Part shown: in pieces, positions 45,211 through 46,757 of the stretch
Position numbering within the stretch: position 1 is the stretch's first letter
How the letters are laid out: each line of letters opens with the position of its first letter
NCBI GenBank assembly: GCA_013152815.1
Contig: JAADFO010000063.1
Location: 1-46,757 of the forward strand
DNA length: 46,757 nt
Reading direction: 5' to 3'
DNA from: Nanobdellati archaeon
GTDB lineage: Archaea; Nanobdellota; Nanobdellia; Woesearchaeales; JAADFO01
The notes under the pieces: model-generated
Told to the model about the DNA's origin: nothing
Databases searched by the model: none
Seen by the model: only the letters and a program-made list of their open reading frames with translations
Position numbers and translations under genes: made by a program

Positions 45211-46691
45211 ATGCGGCAAGCACCCAACTCCGTTTCGACCGCAATATCCTTCTTTTTGGTGAAGAGGGACAACGACGTCTCATGGATACTCACGTCCTCC
45301 TTCACGGGACCAACACCCTCTCCCAGAAGATCGCCCTGTCCCTGATCAGCCTTGGCATCGGCAGGCTCTCGCTCATCGGACCAGAACATCTGCAGGGATA
45401 TGATCCTTCTGATTTCCTGCTGTATCTGAATCCTTCCCGCCCGGCCGAGGGAATGAAGGCAGATGGTCTGCGTTCGACCCTGGAGCAGATCGCTCTCCGC
45501 GGAAAACAGCAGGTCGATTCCTATGGCATCCCCCCTGATCCTGGTTTCCTCTCTTTTCTCTCACCAGACATCATCATCGACGCGACCAATGCTCTGGAGA
45601 GCAAGGATGCCTTGTCTGCCTATGCGATGTCCCATGGGACACATCTCATCTCTGCCAGCGCGACGTCTACCGACGGACTGGCCCAGTTATGCTCCTCAGG
45701 ACAGTCCCCTGTCGACAGAGCATCGCTTGAACGCCTGATAGGCAAGGACTACGGCATCTTCACCGGTTCCATCACCGCGGGACTCGTGAGCAATCTGGTG
45801 CGTCGGATCGCCATTCCCTTCGCAAACGAACAGAAGACCCTGCCTCCTGTCCTGACCCAGTCCTACGCGCTCTCAAGGATTGCCGGCATCACCACACCCA
45901 TCGATGCTCCTGATGCTTTACCCTGGCCCTCTTCAAGGCCCTATGCTGGTGTCAAAGCGCTCGTGATCGGCACAGGAGGCATCGGCAACTTCCTCGCGCT
46001 TGACCTTGCGCTGCTGGGAATCACTCATGTTACCTTGGTGGACCCCGATGTGATCGAGGAATCCAACCTCAACCGGCAGCCGCTGCTCTATGGCCGGGTC
46101 GGAAAGCCAAAGGCAACTGTCATCGGTGAACGCATGGGCCTGATCTATCCCGGAGTATCTGCAAGACCGTTGGTCGACTTTTTCAGCTATAAGCATGATG
46201 ATCGAGGACGGTTTCAGGTCTTGCCTGAACCGCTGGCTTCAGAACACTATGACCTCATCTTCTCCTGCGTGGACAATGAGACCAGCAGGCTTGCCATCAA
46301 CGACTACGCGGTCCAGACGAGGACTGTCCTGGTCCAGGGAAGATTGGGGACAGGCAGCGGACTGCATACCTATGTTCCCGGAAGGAACCGGTGCATCGAC
46401 TGCCAGGAGAACCTGCGCGCATCCCTGGAGAACCAGAAGGCCACGGGCCTTGATGTCGACAAGGTATTGGGCCCCGGCTGCCAGCTCGAGTCCAACCCGA
46501 ACATCGTGGTCCCGAACATCATCGTCGCAGGTCTGATGACAGAGGAAGGTCTGCGTGCGCTCTACAGACCAGCGAGTTTTGCCCGACAGAAGGATGCATT
46601 GTTCTATGAAGGGGTCGGATCGTTCCCTTTCTCCTTCCGGGGAGGCGTCGATCCCTACTATCAAGCCCATCCTTGCATCGATGTTTCCTGA
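45207..46691 (+). CDS. Tandem-domain E1 enzyme (inactive plus active ThiF adenylation domains)
   Basis: Domain 1: RFDRNILLFGEEGQRRL, degenerate loop HGTNTLS, DATN. Domain 2: GTGGIG, DPDVIEESNLNRQ, GKPKA, SCVDN, CIDC, PGCQ. Confidence 0.88.
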   Translation: MNAASTQLRFDRNILLFGEEGQRRLMDTHVLLHGTNTLSQKIALSLISLGIGRLSLIGPEHLQGYDPSDFLLYLNPSRPAEGMKADGLRSTLEQIALRGKQQVDSYGIPPDPGFLSFLSPDIIIDATNALESKDALSAYAMSHGTHLISASATSTDGLAQLCSSGQSPVDRASLERLIGKDYGIFTGSITAGLVSNLVRRIAIPFANEQKTLPPVLTQSYALSRIAGITTPIDAPDALPWPSSRPYAGVKALVIGTGGIGNFLALDLALLGITHVTLVDPDVIEESNLNRQPLLYGRVGKPKATVIGERMGLIYPGVSARPLVDFFSYKHDDRGRFQVLPEPLASEHYDLIFSCVDNETSRLAINDYAVQTRTVLVQGRLGTGSGLHTYVPGRNRCIDCQENLRASLENQKATGLDVDKVLGPGCQLESNPNIVVPNIIVAGLMTEEGLRALYRPASFARQKDALFYEGVGSFPFSFRGGVDPYYQAHPCIDVS

Positions 46692-46757
46692 CCATCAGGA
46701 ACTGCTTGTCCTGAAGCGATCATCATCGTGAAAAGCACATCCCGAAAAGAAGCAACA

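Overview
Archaeal genomic window, GC-rich overall with a short AT-rich island. It has TATA/BRE promoters, an intron-containing tRNA, Spt4, eS31, Cdc48 and a PIN-ATPase-KH gene. The gene set and protein styles suggest a DPANN lineage such as Woesearchaeota (inference, not verified). Most of the window is housekeeping or membrane genes: secDF, pyrG, rhomboid, slyD, a PadR/ABC/S-layer-domain operon, an SSS transporter, a radical SAM enzyme, yggS, lrp, glnA, a ThiF/UbaA-like E1, fumC-like, mdh, phoU-like, cdc48, serS and a transglutaminase. The best candidate for an undescribed system is the three-gene operon at the right end (43.2-46.7 kb). It encodes a protein with a ubiquitin-like segment, a large protein with a C-terminal E2-like HP..C motif, and an E1 with tandem inactive and active adenylation domains. 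Together these look like a compact Ubl-E2-E1 conjugation system. Other notable items: an AT-rich MNT-HEPN island downstream of tRNA-Thr with tRNA-3'-like remnants and a dense structured-RNA-like segment; zinc-ligand loss in Spt4, eS31 and the stand-alone E1; a stand-alone CARF-like protein; a Crp/Fnr-like regulator; and a YqjE/YqjD-like pair. All calls come from motif recognition by eye; no searches were run.
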